Part shown: positions 29,764 through 40,546 of the stretch, in pieces
Layout of the letters: every line of letters begins with the position of its first letter
How positions within the stretch are numbered: position 1 is the first letter of the stretch
Notes under the pieces: model-generated
The model's database searches: none
What the model saw: the letters and a program-made list of their open reading frames with translations, nothing else
What the model was told of the DNA's origin: nothing
Assembly: GCA_039715015.1 (NCBI GenBank)
Contig: JBDLIE010000004.1
Span: 1-64,000, forward strand
DNA length: 64,000 nt
DNA from: Thermodesulfobacteriota bacterium
GTDB taxonomy: Bacteria > Desulfobacterota > Desulfobulbia > Desulfobulbales > SURF-16
Reading direction: 5' to 3'
Translations under genes and position numbers: made by a program

Positions 29764-30786
29764 ATGTTGTTTGTTGCTCTCCTTAAAAAGTTTTTTTTGT
29801 TCCTTTTATTTCTCTTGGTTCCCCTTTCGACGGCGCTTTACGCTGCCAATGCAGACCTGGAAGCGTTGCTTGATGATGATTTCGAAGAGGAACAGGAAAT
29901 CGTGGTCTATGACCCCCTGGAACCGGTTAATAGGGTTTTCTTTACAATTAATGACCGCCTTTATTTCTGGCTATTGAAGCCGGTGGGAAAGGTTTATACG
30001 GCTGTGCTGGCTGACGAGGCGGTACGGGGCTGTATCAGCGCTGCCTTTCATAATATTTTGGCGCCAGTCCGGGTGGTGAACAATCTGCTGCAGGGTAAGT
30101 TTAAGCAGTCTGGAACCGAGGTGGCTCGTTTTACCATTAACACTGTTCTGGGTGCTGGTGGCCTAGGAGACCCAGCTGCCGAGGAATTTGGCCTGACCAA
30201 GGCTGATGAGGATTTTGGCCAGACTCTTGGCTTTTATGGGCTAGGCGAAGGAATATATATTTGTTGGCCTTTGTTTGGTCCATCTTCAGCCCGTGATACA
30301 GTAGGTATGGCTGCTGATTATTTTCTTAATCCAATGCAGTATTTGTTTGCCAGCAATCCTGGCACCAATGCCGGCCTTACAGCTTTGAAGATCGAGAATG
30401 CCGCCACGCTTCACGGCAAAGATTATGAGGGGCTTGTAAACGAGGCCTTTGATCCATATGTTGCTTTCCGGGATATTTATTACCAGCATCGGCGCAGTAT
30501 TATCGGTGGTGTGGACTCTCCGGGCCGTCAGGATAAGGTTGCCCAGAAGGATAAGGCCTTTTTCCAAGAGCAATGTCCTGATGATTATGGTAATGCCTCA
30601 TTTCGCAATTTGGCAAAGGCCAGAAAATATCAACAATGTCTGGAAAACACGGGGGCGCATACATCGCTTAGCCGCACACTTAAGCAGGGGCATGCTCTTT
30701 ACCTAGTTGGGCACGATGACCGGAAAGCTAGGGAGCAAGAAGTGGCAATGGTAAAAGGTGTCGTAGGGAAAGATGATTTGGAATAA
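29764..30786 (+). CDS. mlaA: MlaA/VacJ family protein with C-terminal extension
   Basis: DPLEPVNR, RFTINTVLG, DEDFGQTLG, GPSSARD, DPYVAFRDIY. Confidence 0.9.
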   Translation: MLFVALLKKFFLFLLFLLVPLSTALYAANADLEALLDDDFEEEQEIVVYDPLEPVNRVFFTINDRLYFWLLKPVGKVYTAVLADEAVRGCISAAFHNILAPVRVVNNLLQGKFKQSGTEVARFTINTVLGAGGLGDPAAEEFGLTKADEDFGQTLGFYGLGEGIYICWPLFGPSSARDTVGMAADYFLNPMQYLFASNPGTNAGLTALKIENAATLHGKDYEGLVNEAFDPYVAFRDIYYQHRRSIIGGVDSPGRQDKVAQKDKAFFQEQCPDDYGNASFRNLAKARKYQQCLENTGAHTSLSRTLKQGHALYLVGHDDRKAREQEVAMVKGVVGKDDLE

Positions 30787-31420
30787 AAAAATACAAATAG
30801 TCCAGGCTCTCCTGATTGTTGTTCTGCTTTTTTGTCAGGGAACTTTGTCCTGGGCCAATGATCCTCAGAAGGCCATGCAGGATACCGTTGAGAATGTCAT
30901 GGAGATCCTTACCGAGCCGGCTCTGGCAGGTGATGATCACTGGCAGGAACGTCGGGAGATGGTCGCTGAGGAGCTTGTCAAACGTTTTGATTTTGCCGAG
31001 ATGGCAAAGCGTGCCTTGGCCAAGGCCTGGAAAAGACGGACCAGTGTTGAAAGGGAGAAATTCGTTAACCTTTTCAAGGAGCTCTTAAAAGACACCTATG
31101 TTGAAAGGTTAAAAACGTACTCAGATGGCAGCTATAAGGTCGTGTTTGATAGGGTTCTTATCCGTGGCAAGAAGGCAGTGGTTAACTCTCTTGTGACCCA
31201 GAAGGGTCGTGAGATCTCTGCAGCGTATAAGATGTACCAGGATGGCAATGAGTGGTTTGTCTATGATGTCGTTATTGAAGGTGTCAGTCTGGTGAGTAAT
31301 TATCGCAGTCAGTTTGTCAGCGTTATCCGCAAGGATGGCTACGATGAACTTGTCCGTCGTCTTGAGGAAAAAGTGTCAGAATCAAGACACTCGGAAAATT
31401 ACAACAAGGAGTTGAGCTAA
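30773..31420 (+). CDS. mlaC: MlaC phospholipid shuttle
   Basis: FDFAEMAKRAL, YDVVIEGVSLVSNYRSQF. Confidence 0.92.
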   Translation: MIWNKKIQIVQALLIVVLLFCQGTLSWANDPQKAMQDTVENVMEILTEPALAGDDHWQERREMVAEELVKRFDFAEMAKRALAKAWKRRTSVEREKFVNLFKELLKDTYVERLKTYSDGSYKVVFDRVLIRGKKAVVNSLVTQKGREISAAYKMYQDGNEWFVYDVVIEGVSLVSNYRSQFVSVIRKDGYDELVRRLEEKVSESRHSENYNKELS

Positions 31421-31421
31421 T

Positions 31422-31877
31422 ATGGGCTGTCGTCTTGTCTCTGAGGAGGCGCTGGCCAAGAGTTTCCCATATCTTTCGAAGGAGGAATGCAAGGGCCTCT
31501 GTAACTATCTGGAATACCGTAAATGCACCAAGGATGAGGTGTTTATCCATCAGGGCGACCCTGGTGATTTTATGGGTTTTTTGTTGACGGGCAAGATGGC
31601 CATTAAAAAAGAGACAAGTTTTCCAGGGAAGTTTGTCCTGGTGGCCCTCTTGGAGGGTGGTTCCCTGGTTGGTGAGATCTCCGTTGTGGAAGCTAACCTG
31701 CGAACTGCAACGGTGGTTGCCATGGAGGAAAGTGAGGTTCTTATCCTCACCCATGCTAAGTCGGAACAGCTTCTTACCGAAAATCCGCTGCTGGCCATCA
31801 AGTTGCTTAAGAAGATCGTCAGGGTCTTGGGGGCCAGGCTGCAACAATCAAGTTCCAGGTTGGTCCGGCTCCTTTAA
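31422..31877 (+). CDS. Cyclic-nucleotide-binding domain protein
   Basis: FIHQGDPGD, VGEIS, RTATVVA. Confidence 0.85.
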   Translation: MGCRLVSEEALAKSFPYLSKEECKGLCNYLEYRKCTKDEVFIHQGDPGDFMGFLLTGKMAIKKETSFPGKFVLVALLEGGSLVGEISVVEANLRTATVVAMEESEVLILTHAKSEQLLTENPLLAIKLLKKIVRVLGARLQQSSSRLVRLL

Positions 31878-32120
31878 TGCCGTAGATTTTAGAGGCCAAT
31901 TTCTTGTTGTTATAAAAAGCTTGACATGTAGAGGGCTTTTTTTTAATTTGTTGCGCTTTCCATGAGGTGTTGACCTGTAAAGTTTACAGGTAAGCCCCCC
32001 TTATTATGGCAACGGTCACGCAGCCTTGAAATAATACTCGGGCAACAGCCTGACTTTGAAAATAATATAGACTGAGAGTCTATTAAATACGTTAGATTAT
32101 CCCGTTACGGAGAATATACA

Positions 32121-32309
32121 ATGGCCTTACCAAAAAGAAGAAAATCTCACTCAAAGACACGGATGGGACGTTCCCATCATGCCCTCTCTGCCCCTAAAGT
32201 CGGTGTCTGCAGTGAATGTGGCGAGCCTAAGATGCCTCACCGTCTTTGTGGGAGCTGCGGCACCTATAAGGGCCGCGAAGTTATTAAGCTTGGCGAAGAT
32301 TTTGAGTAG
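32121..32309 (+). CDS. rpmF: 50S ribosomal protein L32
   Basis: MALPKRRKS...CSECG..KMPHRLCGSCGTY. Confidence 0.96.
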   Translation: MALPKRRKSHSKTRMGRSHHALSAPKVGVCSECGEPKMPHRLCGSCGTYKGREVIKLGEDFE

Positions 32310-32645
32310 GTCGTTTCCTCGACGCCTGTTTTAATCCCTGAAGATCCTTCTGGTTTTCAGGGATTTTTTCTGCTCTCGATCATTTTAGTCAAGAAAATAT
32401 GGTGTAACCACCTGTTTTGACTTGTGCTACTCTCTATTAAGGGGTACTTTCTGCCCTGCATTATAGTTGATAAAATTTGTCTTTTTCTTAAGGCCATCCT
32501 GCATTTCTTTGTTTCCTTTCTGTGTCGAGGCGAAACATTTACGGCCACTTTAAAAGTTTCCGGAGGCAGTCTACTTCTTTTGTGCTCGTCACAGGGTGTT
32601 CCTGTTTTCGTAGCCTCTAAAAGTTTCTCATGTTGGTGAGTTCAC

Positions 32646-33671
32646 GTGCATATCGCTCTTGATGTCATGGGTAGTGACCGGGGCGCTGACGAGCTTGTCT
32701 CTGGCGCACTTCAGGCACTTCAGGAAAGTTCTATCAAAATCACCTTGGTTGGCGATGAGGAAGCCATTTCTTCTGCCCTTGCAAAACGGCGGCAGGATCC
32801 GGCAATCTCTATCTTGCCAACCAGTCAAGTGGTGACAATGGATGACAGTCCCATTGATGCCATCCGTAAAAAGAAAGACTCCTCAATGGTTCGCGCCTTT
32901 GAGCTTATCAAACAACAAGAGGTGGATGCCGTTGTGAGCGCCGGGAATTCCGGGGCAGTGATGGCCTCGGCCATTAAATTTCTTGGTCGCCTGAAAAATA
33001 TCAACCGTCCAGCGATAGCCTCTGTATTTCCTACCTTGAAAGGTCCCGTTGTAATGGCGGATGTCGGCGCTAATGTCGATTGCCGTCCCAAGCATCTTTA
33101 TCAGTTCGGGGTTATGGCTTCGGCCTTTTCGAAGATTATGTTTGGTATAGATGAACCAAGAGTGGGCCTTCTCAGTATCGGTGAGGAGGGGGGCAAGGGC
33201 AATGCCCTTGTCAAGAAAACCCATGAGCTTCTCTCTGCCAGTAATCTCAATTTTATCGGCAATGTTGAGGGACGTGACACCTTCCAGGGTGATGTTGATG
33301 TTATTGTTTGTGATGGCTTTGTCGGCAATGTCTGCTTGAAGCTAAGCGAGGGGTTGGCCGAGTCGATGCTCACCATGCTTCGCGATGAGATTGCCAAAAC
33401 ATTTAAGGCGAAAATGGGTTACTTTCTGGCCAAAAAGGCTTTTGGTAATTTTAAGAAGCGGGTTGATTATGCCGAGTATGGCGGTGCGCCTCTTCTGGGG
33501 CTTAACGGGACAGGTATTATCTGCCATGGCCGCTCAAATGCCAAGGCAATCAAAAATGCAATCCTGGTCGCTGATGAATTAGCATCTAACCGGGTTAATG
33601 ATCATATTCTGGCCAATCTTGCCTTGGATGAGGCCGGCTTGAAATCTCCTGAAAAGGTGAATGGTCAATGA
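32646..33671 (+). CDS. plsX: Phosphate acyltransferase PlsX
   Basis: IALDVMGSD, SAGNSGA, DVGANVD, CDGFVGN, GGAPLLG, CHGRS. Confidence 0.96.
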   Translation: MHIALDVMGSDRGADELVSGALQALQESSIKITLVGDEEAISSALAKRRQDPAISILPTSQVVTMDDSPIDAIRKKKDSSMVRAFELIKQQEVDAVVSAGNSGAVMASAIKFLGRLKNINRPAIASVFPTLKGPVVMADVGANVDCRPKHLYQFGVMASAFSKIMFGIDEPRVGLLSIGEEGGKGNALVKKTHELLSASNLNFIGNVEGRDTFQGDVDVIVCDGFVGNVCLKLSEGLAESMLTMLRDEIAKTFKAKMGYFLAKKAFGNFKKRVDYAEYGGAPLLGLNGTGIICHGRSNAKAIKNAILVADELASNRVNDHILANLALDEAGLKSPEKVNGQ

Positions 33672-34651
33672 GTCTACGGGCGTCGATACTTGCCACTGGT
33701 TCACATGTGCCAGAAGGGACGCTCTCCAACGTCGATCTTGAGAAGATGGTGGACACCTCGGATGAGTGGATTACCACCCGTACCGGTATTAAGACCCGCC
33801 ATATCTCTGGTGCTGGTGAGTACACATCTGTGTTGGCAAGTAAGGCTGCTGAAAATGCCCTTGCCCATGCAAATCTGAGTGCTGAGGCCATTGACATCAT
33901 AATTGTTGCCACGGTGAGTGCTGAGATAACTATGCCCTCATGCGCCTGTTTGGTCCAGAAAGAAATCGGCGCAAAAAATGCTTTTTCCTTTGATGTCAAT
34001 GCGGCCTGTTCCGGCTTTCTCTATGCCCTTAGTGTGGCTGAAAAACATATTCTTGCCAGTCCGCAGCTTAAGATTTTGGTGATCGGGGCTGAAACCCTTT
34101 CCACCCGGGTAGACTGGCAGGACCGGAATACCTGTGTTCTTTTTGGTGATGCTGCCGGGGCCGTGGTTCTTGGCAGTAGTGATCAGGGTGACGGACTTAT
34201 CACCGAAAAATTATTTTCCGACGGCACTCTTTTTAATCTCTTATATATGGAAGGTGCCCAAAGCTTGAATCCTGCTCTCCGTAATGAAGAGTATCAAGGC
34301 TCTGCTATCAAAATGGTGGGACGGGATGTGTTTAAGTATGCCGTTAGGGCCATGGAAAATGCCGTGCGTGTTGTTCTTGAGCAAGCAGGATTGTCCCTAG
34401 ACGATGTGAGTCTTGTCGTGCCCCATCAGGCAAATATCCGTATCATCAATAAGTTGATGCAAAAGCTCGAAGTTGATTCGGAAAAAGTCTACATTAATGT
34501 TTCTAAATATGGTAATACATCGGCGGCTACCATTCCTCTGGCCTTGGATGAGGCCAATCGCGAGGGACGGTTGCAATCAGGCGATTATGTAATGTTATGT
34601 GCTTTTGGTGGTGGTTTCACCTGGGGTGCCACATTGATAAAATGGCAGTGA
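33668..34651 (+). CDS. fabH: Beta-ketoacyl-ACP synthase III
   Basis: DTSDEWI, AACSGF, PHQAN, GNTSAA, FGGGFTWG. Confidence 0.96.
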   Translation: MSLRASILATGSHVPEGTLSNVDLEKMVDTSDEWITTRTGIKTRHISGAGEYTSVLASKAAENALAHANLSAEAIDIIIVATVSAEITMPSCACLVQKEIGAKNAFSFDVNAACSGFLYALSVAEKHILASPQLKILVIGAETLSTRVDWQDRNTCVLFGDAAGAVVLGSSDQGDGLITEKLFSDGTLFNLLYMEGAQSLNPALRNEEYQGSAIKMVGRDVFKYAVRAMENAVRVVLEQAGLSLDDVSLVVPHQANIRIINKLMQKLEVDSEKVYINVSKYGNTSAATIPLALDEANREGRLQSGDYVMLCAFGGGFTWGATLIKWQ

Positions 34652-34703
34652 GTCTCTTAAGCAAGGGACTTTTTTTATAAATTACGAGAGAAAGGTGGGT
34701 AGA

Positions 34704-35852
34704 GTGGATCATTTCCTGACCGAAGATCAGCAGATGATTGTCGATCTGGCAAAACAGATCACTGACGAGCTGGTTATTCCCAACCGGGCAAGGTATGACG
34801 AAACAGAAGAGTATCCGCTGGATATTGTCGAGACATTGGCAAAATCTGATTTTTTTGCTCTTTTTGTTCCTGAAGAATACGGCGGACTTGGTGGTGGATG
34901 TTATGACTTGGTTTTGGCTTTGGAGCAGATCGGTCGTGGTTGTGTGGGTATCGCCACAGCCTATGCCGCCAGCGCCCTAGGAGCCTATCCTATTATTGTC
35001 GGCGGCAGTCATGAGCTGAAATCAAAATATTTACCCGACATTGCCAGCGGCAAGAAAAGGGCGGCCTTTGCCCTGACAGAATCAAATGCAGGCAGTGATG
35101 CCGGTGGTATTCAGACCACTGCCGTTTTAGATGGTGATGAGTGGGTGTTAAACGGCACCAAACAATGGATCACCAATGGCGGCCAGGCCCATCTCTATAC
35201 GGTGATTGCTATTACCGATCCGTCTAAGGGTGCCCGTGGCGCCTCCATGTTCGTGGTTGAGGCAGATGATCCAGGCTTTTCCTGTGGCCCTAAAGAAAAG
35301 AAAATGGGAATCCGCTGTTCTGCCACCACCGAACTTATCTTTAAAGATTGCCGCATTCCAAAGGATCGGATGATCGGCCGCCAGGGTACCGGTTTTATTA
35401 CCGTTATGAAGACTCTTGACAAGTCACGGCCCGGTATTGCCAGTCTTGGTATAGGCCTGGCCCAGGCCGCCGTTGATGAGTCGGTTAACTACGCTAAGGG
35501 CCGTTATCAGTTCGGTAAACCCATCATCTCATTCCAGGCCGTCCAGCATATGCTGGCTGATATGGCCATTGAAACAGAGGCGGCCCGCGCCTTGGTTTAT
35601 GTCAGCGCCCGCCATATTGACGCCCATCCCAAGGATATGTCCAAGGCCTCAGCCATGTGTAAGGTCAAGGCTACCGATGTGGCCATGAAAGTGGCTACCG
35701 ATGCGGTGCAGGTCCTTGCCGGCTATGGCTACATGCGTGAGTATCCGGTGGAGAAAATGATGCGTGACGCCAAGATTCTTCAGATCTATGAAGGCACAAA
35801 CCAGATCCAGCGTAATGTCGTAGGCCAGGAACTCAACAAAGAGTATAACTAA
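34704..35852 (+). CDS. Acyl-CoA dehydrogenase (butyryl-CoA dehydrogenase-like)
   Basis: FALTESNAGSDA, NGTKQWITNG, KKMGIR, RYQFGKPI, QVLAGYGY, IYEGTNQIQR; GTG start at 34704 (or 34695). Confidence 0.93.
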   Translation: MDHFLTEDQQMIVDLAKQITDELVIPNRARYDETEEYPLDIVETLAKSDFFALFVPEEYGGLGGGCYDLVLALEQIGRGCVGIATAYAASALGAYPIIVGGSHELKSKYLPDIASGKKRAAFALTESNAGSDAGGIQTTAVLDGDEWVLNGTKQWITNGGQAHLYTVIAITDPSKGARGASMFVVEADDPGFSCGPKEKKMGIRCSATTELIFKDCRIPKDRMIGRQGTGFITVMKTLDKSRPGIASLGIGLAQAAVDESVNYAKGRYQFGKPIISFQAVQHMLADMAIETEAARALVYVSARHIDAHPKDMSKASAMCKVKATDVAMKVATDAVQVLAGYGYMREYPVEKMMRDAKILQIYEGTNQIQRNVVGQELNKEYN

Positions 35853-35920
35853 GAAGTCCTGGATACGGATGGGTAGATGTTTGTGCCCCTTAACCTAAAA
35901 GAAATTTCTGACAAATAGCT

Positions 35921-36709
35921 ATGAGAATTGTTGTCTGTATAAAACAGGTTCCAGATGCCAAGGATGTCCGCCTTGACCCAGAGACAAATACCCTGTCTCG
36001 TGAAGGCGTTAAGTCGGTGATTAATCCTTATGACCGTCATGCCATGGAAGAGGGCGTGCGCCTTAAAGAACAGTATGGCGGTACGGTTACCGTGGTCTCC
36101 ATGGGGCCTCCCCAGGCCAAGGCCATTCTGAGCGAAGCCATTTCCTGCGGAGTTGATGACGCCATTTTGGTTTCTGATCGCGCTTTTGCCGGTGCTGATA
36201 CCCTGGCCACCACCTATACGTTGGCCCAGGCCATAAAGAAGACCGGTGATGTTGATCTGGTCCTCTGTGGCAAGCAGGCCACAGATGGAGATACCGCTCA
36301 GGTAGGTCCCGGTCTGGCAGTTAGGCTCGATATGCCGTACGTCACCTGTGTAAAGAAGATTAATGATGTTAAAGACCAGGTCATTACCCTTGAACGGATG
36401 ATGGATGACGGTTTTGATGAGCTTGAGGTTGATCTGCCCGCCCTTGTTACCGTGGTCAAGGAAATCAATGTGCCACGCTTTCCGTCCATCAGAGGTTTAC
36501 GCAAATCTAAGTCTCTTGATATCCCAAGCTATACAGCTGCCGATATCGAAGCGGACCCTGAACAACTCGGCCTGGGTGGCTCTCCCACTCAGGTGGTTAA
36601 GGTTTTCCCTCCCGAACCCAAAGGGGAGCGGACCATGCTTGAGGGAAGCCTGGAAGAAATAGCTGAGAAATTGGCGGAAATTTTATCAGACAGCGCCCAC
36701 GGCGCGTAA
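35921..36709 (+). CDS. etfB: Electron transfer flavoprotein beta subunit
   Basis: VCIKQVPD, DRAFAGADTLAT, GKQATDGDTAQVG. Confidence 0.95.
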   Translation: MRIVVCIKQVPDAKDVRLDPETNTLSREGVKSVINPYDRHAMEEGVRLKEQYGGTVTVVSMGPPQAKAILSEAISCGVDDAILVSDRAFAGADTLATTYTLAQAIKKTGDVDLVLCGKQATDGDTAQVGPGLAVRLDMPYVTCVKKINDVKDQVITLERMMDDGFDELEVDLPALVTVVKEINVPRFPSIRGLRKSKSLDIPSYTAADIEADPEQLGLGGSPTQVVKVFPPEPKGERTMLEGSLEEIAEKLAEILSDSAHGA

Positions 36710-36727
36710 TCTTACGGTTCTTGCAAT

Positions 36728-37912
36728 ATGTTGATTATTGATACTGAAGCCTGTATTGGATGTGGCCTCTGTGAGGATAATTGCCCCTTTGATGCCATTC
36801 ACGTTGAGGATGGCAAGGCAGTGGTTAATGATGCGTGTACCCTGTGCGGTACCTGTGTTGATCATTGTGAGGTAGAGGCTCTCACCATTGAGGTGGAAGA
36901 AAAAGAAGGGGTAGATCTGGCCGGCTGGTCTGGTGTTTGGGTCTATGCCGAGTATCGCAACGGAAAGGTTGCCCAGGTCACCAACGAGCTTCTTGGCGTC
37001 GGAACTGAGCTTGCAGCCCAACGCGGTGTTAAATTAGCGGCTGTCTTGCTTTGTGATAAGGCCGGTGATATTCCCCAGCAACTCATCGCATCCGGTGCTG
37101 ATATGGTCTACACCGTTGAGGATTCAGCCCTGGCTGATTTCACCGATGACGCCTATGGTAATGCTCTGGAAGATCTGGCTAATAAGTATAAGCCTGAAGT
37201 TATTTTGGCGGGCGCCACAGCAATTGGCCGTTCTTTTATTCCCAGAGTGGCTACCTCATTAAAGACAGGTTTAACCGCGGACTGTACCAATCTCGCCATT
37301 GGCGATGATGGTCATCTCCATCAGACCAGACCGGCCTTTGGCGGAAATATCATGGCCACCATCATGTGTCCGAAACACCGGCCCCAGATGGCCACGGTGC
37401 GGCCCATGGTGATGAAGGCAAACTCCCCTGATGAGAGCCGCAAGGGCGAGGTGGTTTCCGAGACTATTGCCCCCAAACGACTGAAGTCACGCTCCAGGGT
37501 CGTCCGGACTGTACTTAGTGAAGGAGAACAGCTCAACCTCAGTGAGGCTGACGTTGTGGTTTCCGGTGGCCGAGGCCTTGACACCCCGGCAGGTTTCAAG
37601 CTCGTTGAAGAACTTGCTACTCTCCTTGACGGTGCAGTGGGTGCCACCCGCGCTGCAGTGGATAGTGGTTGGATTGGTTACCCCCACCAAGTTGGACAGA
37701 CCGGCAAGACCGTGGCCTCAAAGCTCTATGTTGCCTGCGGTATCTCCGGCGCAATCCAGCATGTCATCGGTATGAAATCATCTGAGACCATTGTTGCCAT
37801 CAATCGTGATGCCAAGGCATCAATTTTTGATGTTGCTGATTACGGTGTGGTTGGCGATCTGTTTGAGATTCTACCCAAAGTCATTGAAAAATTAAAAGAG
37901 CGTCGCTCTTAA
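36728..37912 (+). CDS. etfA: Electron transfer flavoprotein alpha subunit with N-terminal 2x[4Fe-4S] ferredoxin domain
   Basis: [12 protein letters not shown] and [40 protein letters not shown]. Confidence 0.95.
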   Translation: MLIIDTEACIGCGLCEDNCPFDAIHVEDGKAVVNDACTLCGTCVDHCEVEALTIEVEEKEGVDLAGWSGVWVYAEYRNGKVAQVTNELLGVGTELAAQRGVKLAAVLLCDKAGDIPQQLIASGADMVYTVEDSALADFTDDAYGNALEDLANKYKPEVILAGATAIGRSFIPRVATSLKTGLTADCTNLAIGDDGHLHQTRPAFGGNIMATIMCPKHRPQMATVRPMVMKANSPDESRKGEVVSETIAPKRLKSRSRVVRTVLSEGEQLNLSEADVVVSGGRGLDTPAGFKLVEELATLLDGAVGATRAAVDSGWIGYPHQVGQTGKTVASKLYVACGISGAIQHVIGMKSSETIVAINRDAKASIFDVADYGVVGDLFEILPKVIEKLKERRS

Positions 37913-37918
37913 ACTGAG

Positions 37919-38674
37919 GTGACGGATATGGATTTATCAGGAAAGGTAGCCGTAGTTACCGGTGGCAGCCGTGGAATCGGCAAGGCCGTCTGTTTGCGTC
38001 TTGGCGGTTTGGGCGCCACTGTGATCATCAATTATGTGAGCCGCCCTGATGCTGCTCAAGAAACAGCTGATGAGGTTGAGAAGGCAGGTGGCAAGGCCGC
38101 AATATACCAGTTCAACGTTGCTGATAGTGCTGCCGTTGATGGAGCCTTTAAAAAGATCCTTGAGGACCATGGCCGCATTGATGTGCTGGTTAACAATGCC
38201 GGCATCACCCGTGATGGTCTCTTTATGAAGATGAAGGAGGAGGATTGGGATCTTGTCCTTGACACCAACCTCAAGGGTGCCTTTAACTGTATCAAGGCCG
38301 TCAACCGGCCCATGATGAAACAGCGTGCTGGCTCCATCATTAATATTACTTCGGTGATTGGTTTCGCCGGTAATGCCGGTCAAGCCAACTACTCGGCAGC
38401 CAAGGCGGGCCTTGTTGGCCTTACCCGCTCCCTGGCTAAAGAGCTCGCCTCCCGCAGTATAACAGTGAATGGCGTGGCACCTGGTTATATTGATACCGAT
38501 ATGACCAAGGATCTTTCTGATTCTGTGAAGGAAATCATTTTAAATGAAATTCCCATGAAGTCCATGGGTTCGGCGGATGATGTGGCAGGGGCTGTCGCCT
38601 TCCTTGCTTCTGATGATGCCCGTTATATTACCGGCCAGTTTATCCATGTGAATGGTGGTATGTTTATGGGCTAG
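37919..38674 (+). CDS. fabG: 3-oxoacyl-ACP reductase
   Basis: TGGSRGIG, NNAGITRD, GNAGQANYSAAK. Confidence 0.95.
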   Translation: MTDMDLSGKVAVVTGGSRGIGKAVCLRLGGLGATVIINYVSRPDAAQETADEVEKAGGKAAIYQFNVADSAAVDGAFKKILEDHGRIDVLVNNAGITRDGLFMKMKEEDWDLVLDTNLKGAFNCIKAVNRPMMKQRAGSIINITSVIGFAGNAGQANYSAAKAGLVGLTRSLAKELASRSITVNGVAPGYIDTDMTKDLSDSVKEIILNEIPMKSMGSADDVAGAVAFLASDDARYITGQFIHVNGGMFMG

Positions 38675-38916
38675 CTGCCTTGCAAAATTGCTATTTTGCC
38701 CCGATTTCTGCCTCACAGCAAAATTAAAAATGCTCACATATGCACGATATGCTGCGCTTTTTAATATCACTGTTCCTTGAACTCGAACGAAATATCTAAT
38801 TTTTCAGGGCACCTGGTGTAAAAAAAAAATCTGGTTATTGTCTGATCTGAAAAATTGAAGTAATATCGGCTCTTTTCCAGTCGATTGAAAAGACATCCAA
38901 TTAAGGAGAACTTATT

Positions 38917-39144
38917 ATGTCTGTTGATGAGAAACTTATTGATATTATTGCAGAACAACTCAGTGTAGATAAGGCTAAGGTTGTACCTTCCGCCTCTTTT
39001 GTTGATGATCTTGGCGCTGACTCCCTGGACCTGGTTGAGCTTATTATGGCCATGGAAGAAGCATTCGACACCGAAATCCCTGATGAGGTCGCCGAAAAGA
39101 TCACCACAGTTCAAGCTGCTATTGAGCATATTCAGAAGTTATAA
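38917..39144 (+). CDS. acpP: Acyl carrier protein
   Basis: [19 protein letters not shown]. Confidence 0.97.
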   Translation: MSVDEKLIDIIAEQLSVDKAKVVPSASFVDDLGADSLDLVELIMAMEEAFDTEIPDEVAEKITTVQAAIEHIQKL

Positions 39145-39304
39145 GTGGTTTCCGGCTTTTGCCGGAACTTGATCTCGGTGGATTCATTGTTACGCCTTAT
39201 CCGTGCCATTACGATGGCATGGTAAGGCGTTTTCTGCCATTTTAGCAGGGAAGATTTTTCGATAACCGGCAGAGTTCGGTTTTCGTGATTTAAAGAGGGA
39301 TATT

Positions 39305-40546
39305 ATGACTCGAAGAGTTGTGGTCACCGGTGTTGGCCTGGTTACTCCGGTTGGTACCGGCGTAGAGAAAACCTGGGATGGACTGTGCGCTGGCAAATCG
39401 GGTGTCGGACCAATTACCCGTTTTGATGCAAGTGATTTTCCTGTGCAGATTGCAGCAGAGGTCGATGACTTTAATGTCGAAGACTATATGGAGGCTAAGC
39501 AGGCTAAGCATCTTGAGCTTTTTGTCCAATATGCCCTTGGTGCTGCCCAGATGGCCCTTGATGACTCAGGCTTTGCTGTCACTGAAGAAAATTCCACCCG
39601 GGTTGGTTCCATAGTCGGCTGTGGTCTCGGCGGACTTCCTACCATTGAAAAATATAACAAGGTCTGTTTAGAGCGGGGACCTAAGAGAATTACCCCTTTC
39701 TTTATTCCCATGGTCATTCCTAATATGGGCGCTGGCCAGATTTCTATCTTTCATAAGGCTAAAGGGCCAAACATGTCCACCACTACAGCCTGTGCTGCAG
39801 GTACCCATGCTGTGGGCGAGGCCTATAGGTCCATTGCGGATGGCTATTGCGATGTAGCTTTTACCGGTGGCAGTGAGTCTGTTATCTGTCCCTTGGCTGT
39901 GGGTGGTTTTAATTCCATGAAGGCCTTGTCCAAGCGCAATGATGATCCTGAGCATGCCTCACGGCCCTTTGATAAGGATCGTAACGGGTTTATTATTGCC
40001 GAGGGTGGTGGTATCCTTATTCTCGAGGAATTGGAACATGCCAAGGCTCGCGGCGCCAAGATTTATGCTGAAATGGCAGGATATGGCCTCTCCGGTGATG
40101 GCTATCATATTGCCGCACCGCCTGAAGATGGTAATGGCGCTGTCCGTTGTATGGAAATGGCCTTAAAGAGTGCCAAGATGAACCCTGAAGATGTTGATTA
40201 TATCAATGCCCATGGCACCTCAACTCCCTTAAATGATGTGGTTGAGACCAGAGCTATTAAGGCTGTGTACGGTGATCATGCAGGCAAGCTTGCCATAAGT
40301 TCAACAAAATCAATGACAGGGCATATGCTGGGCGGTGCTGGTGGTATTGAGTCGGTCTTTACCGCGCTTACTTTGCATCACCAGGTTGCGCCCCCCACAG
40401 CCAATCTGGTAAATCCTGATCCAGAATGTGACCTTGATTATATCCCCGGCAGTGCCAGGGAGATGAGTATCCGGGCTGCCATGTCCAACTCCTTTGGGTT
40501 TGGCGGCACCAACGCAGTTATAATCATGAAACGGTATGAGGGCTGA
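39305..40546 (+). CDS. fabF: Beta-ketoacyl-ACP synthase II
   Basis: RRVVVTG, TACAAG, NAHGTST, KSMTGH, NSFGFGG. Confidence 0.97.
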   Translation: MTRRVVVTGVGLVTPVGTGVEKTWDGLCAGKSGVGPITRFDASDFPVQIAAEVDDFNVEDYMEAKQAKHLELFVQYALGAAQMALDDSGFAVTEENSTRVGSIVGCGLGGLPTIEKYNKVCLERGPKRITPFFIPMVIPNMGAGQISIFHKAKGPNMSTTTACAAGTHAVGEAYRSIADGYCDVAFTGGSESVICPLAVGGFNSMKALSKRNDDPEHASRPFDKDRNGFIIAEGGGILILEELEHAKARGAKIYAEMAGYGLSGDGYHIAAPPEDGNGAVRCMEMALKSAKMNPEDVDYINAHGTSTPLNDVVETRAIKAVYGDHAGKLAISSTKSMTGHMLGGAGGIESVFTALTLHHQVAPPTANLVNPDPECDLDYIPGSAREMSIRAAMSNSFGFGGTNAVIIMKRYEG

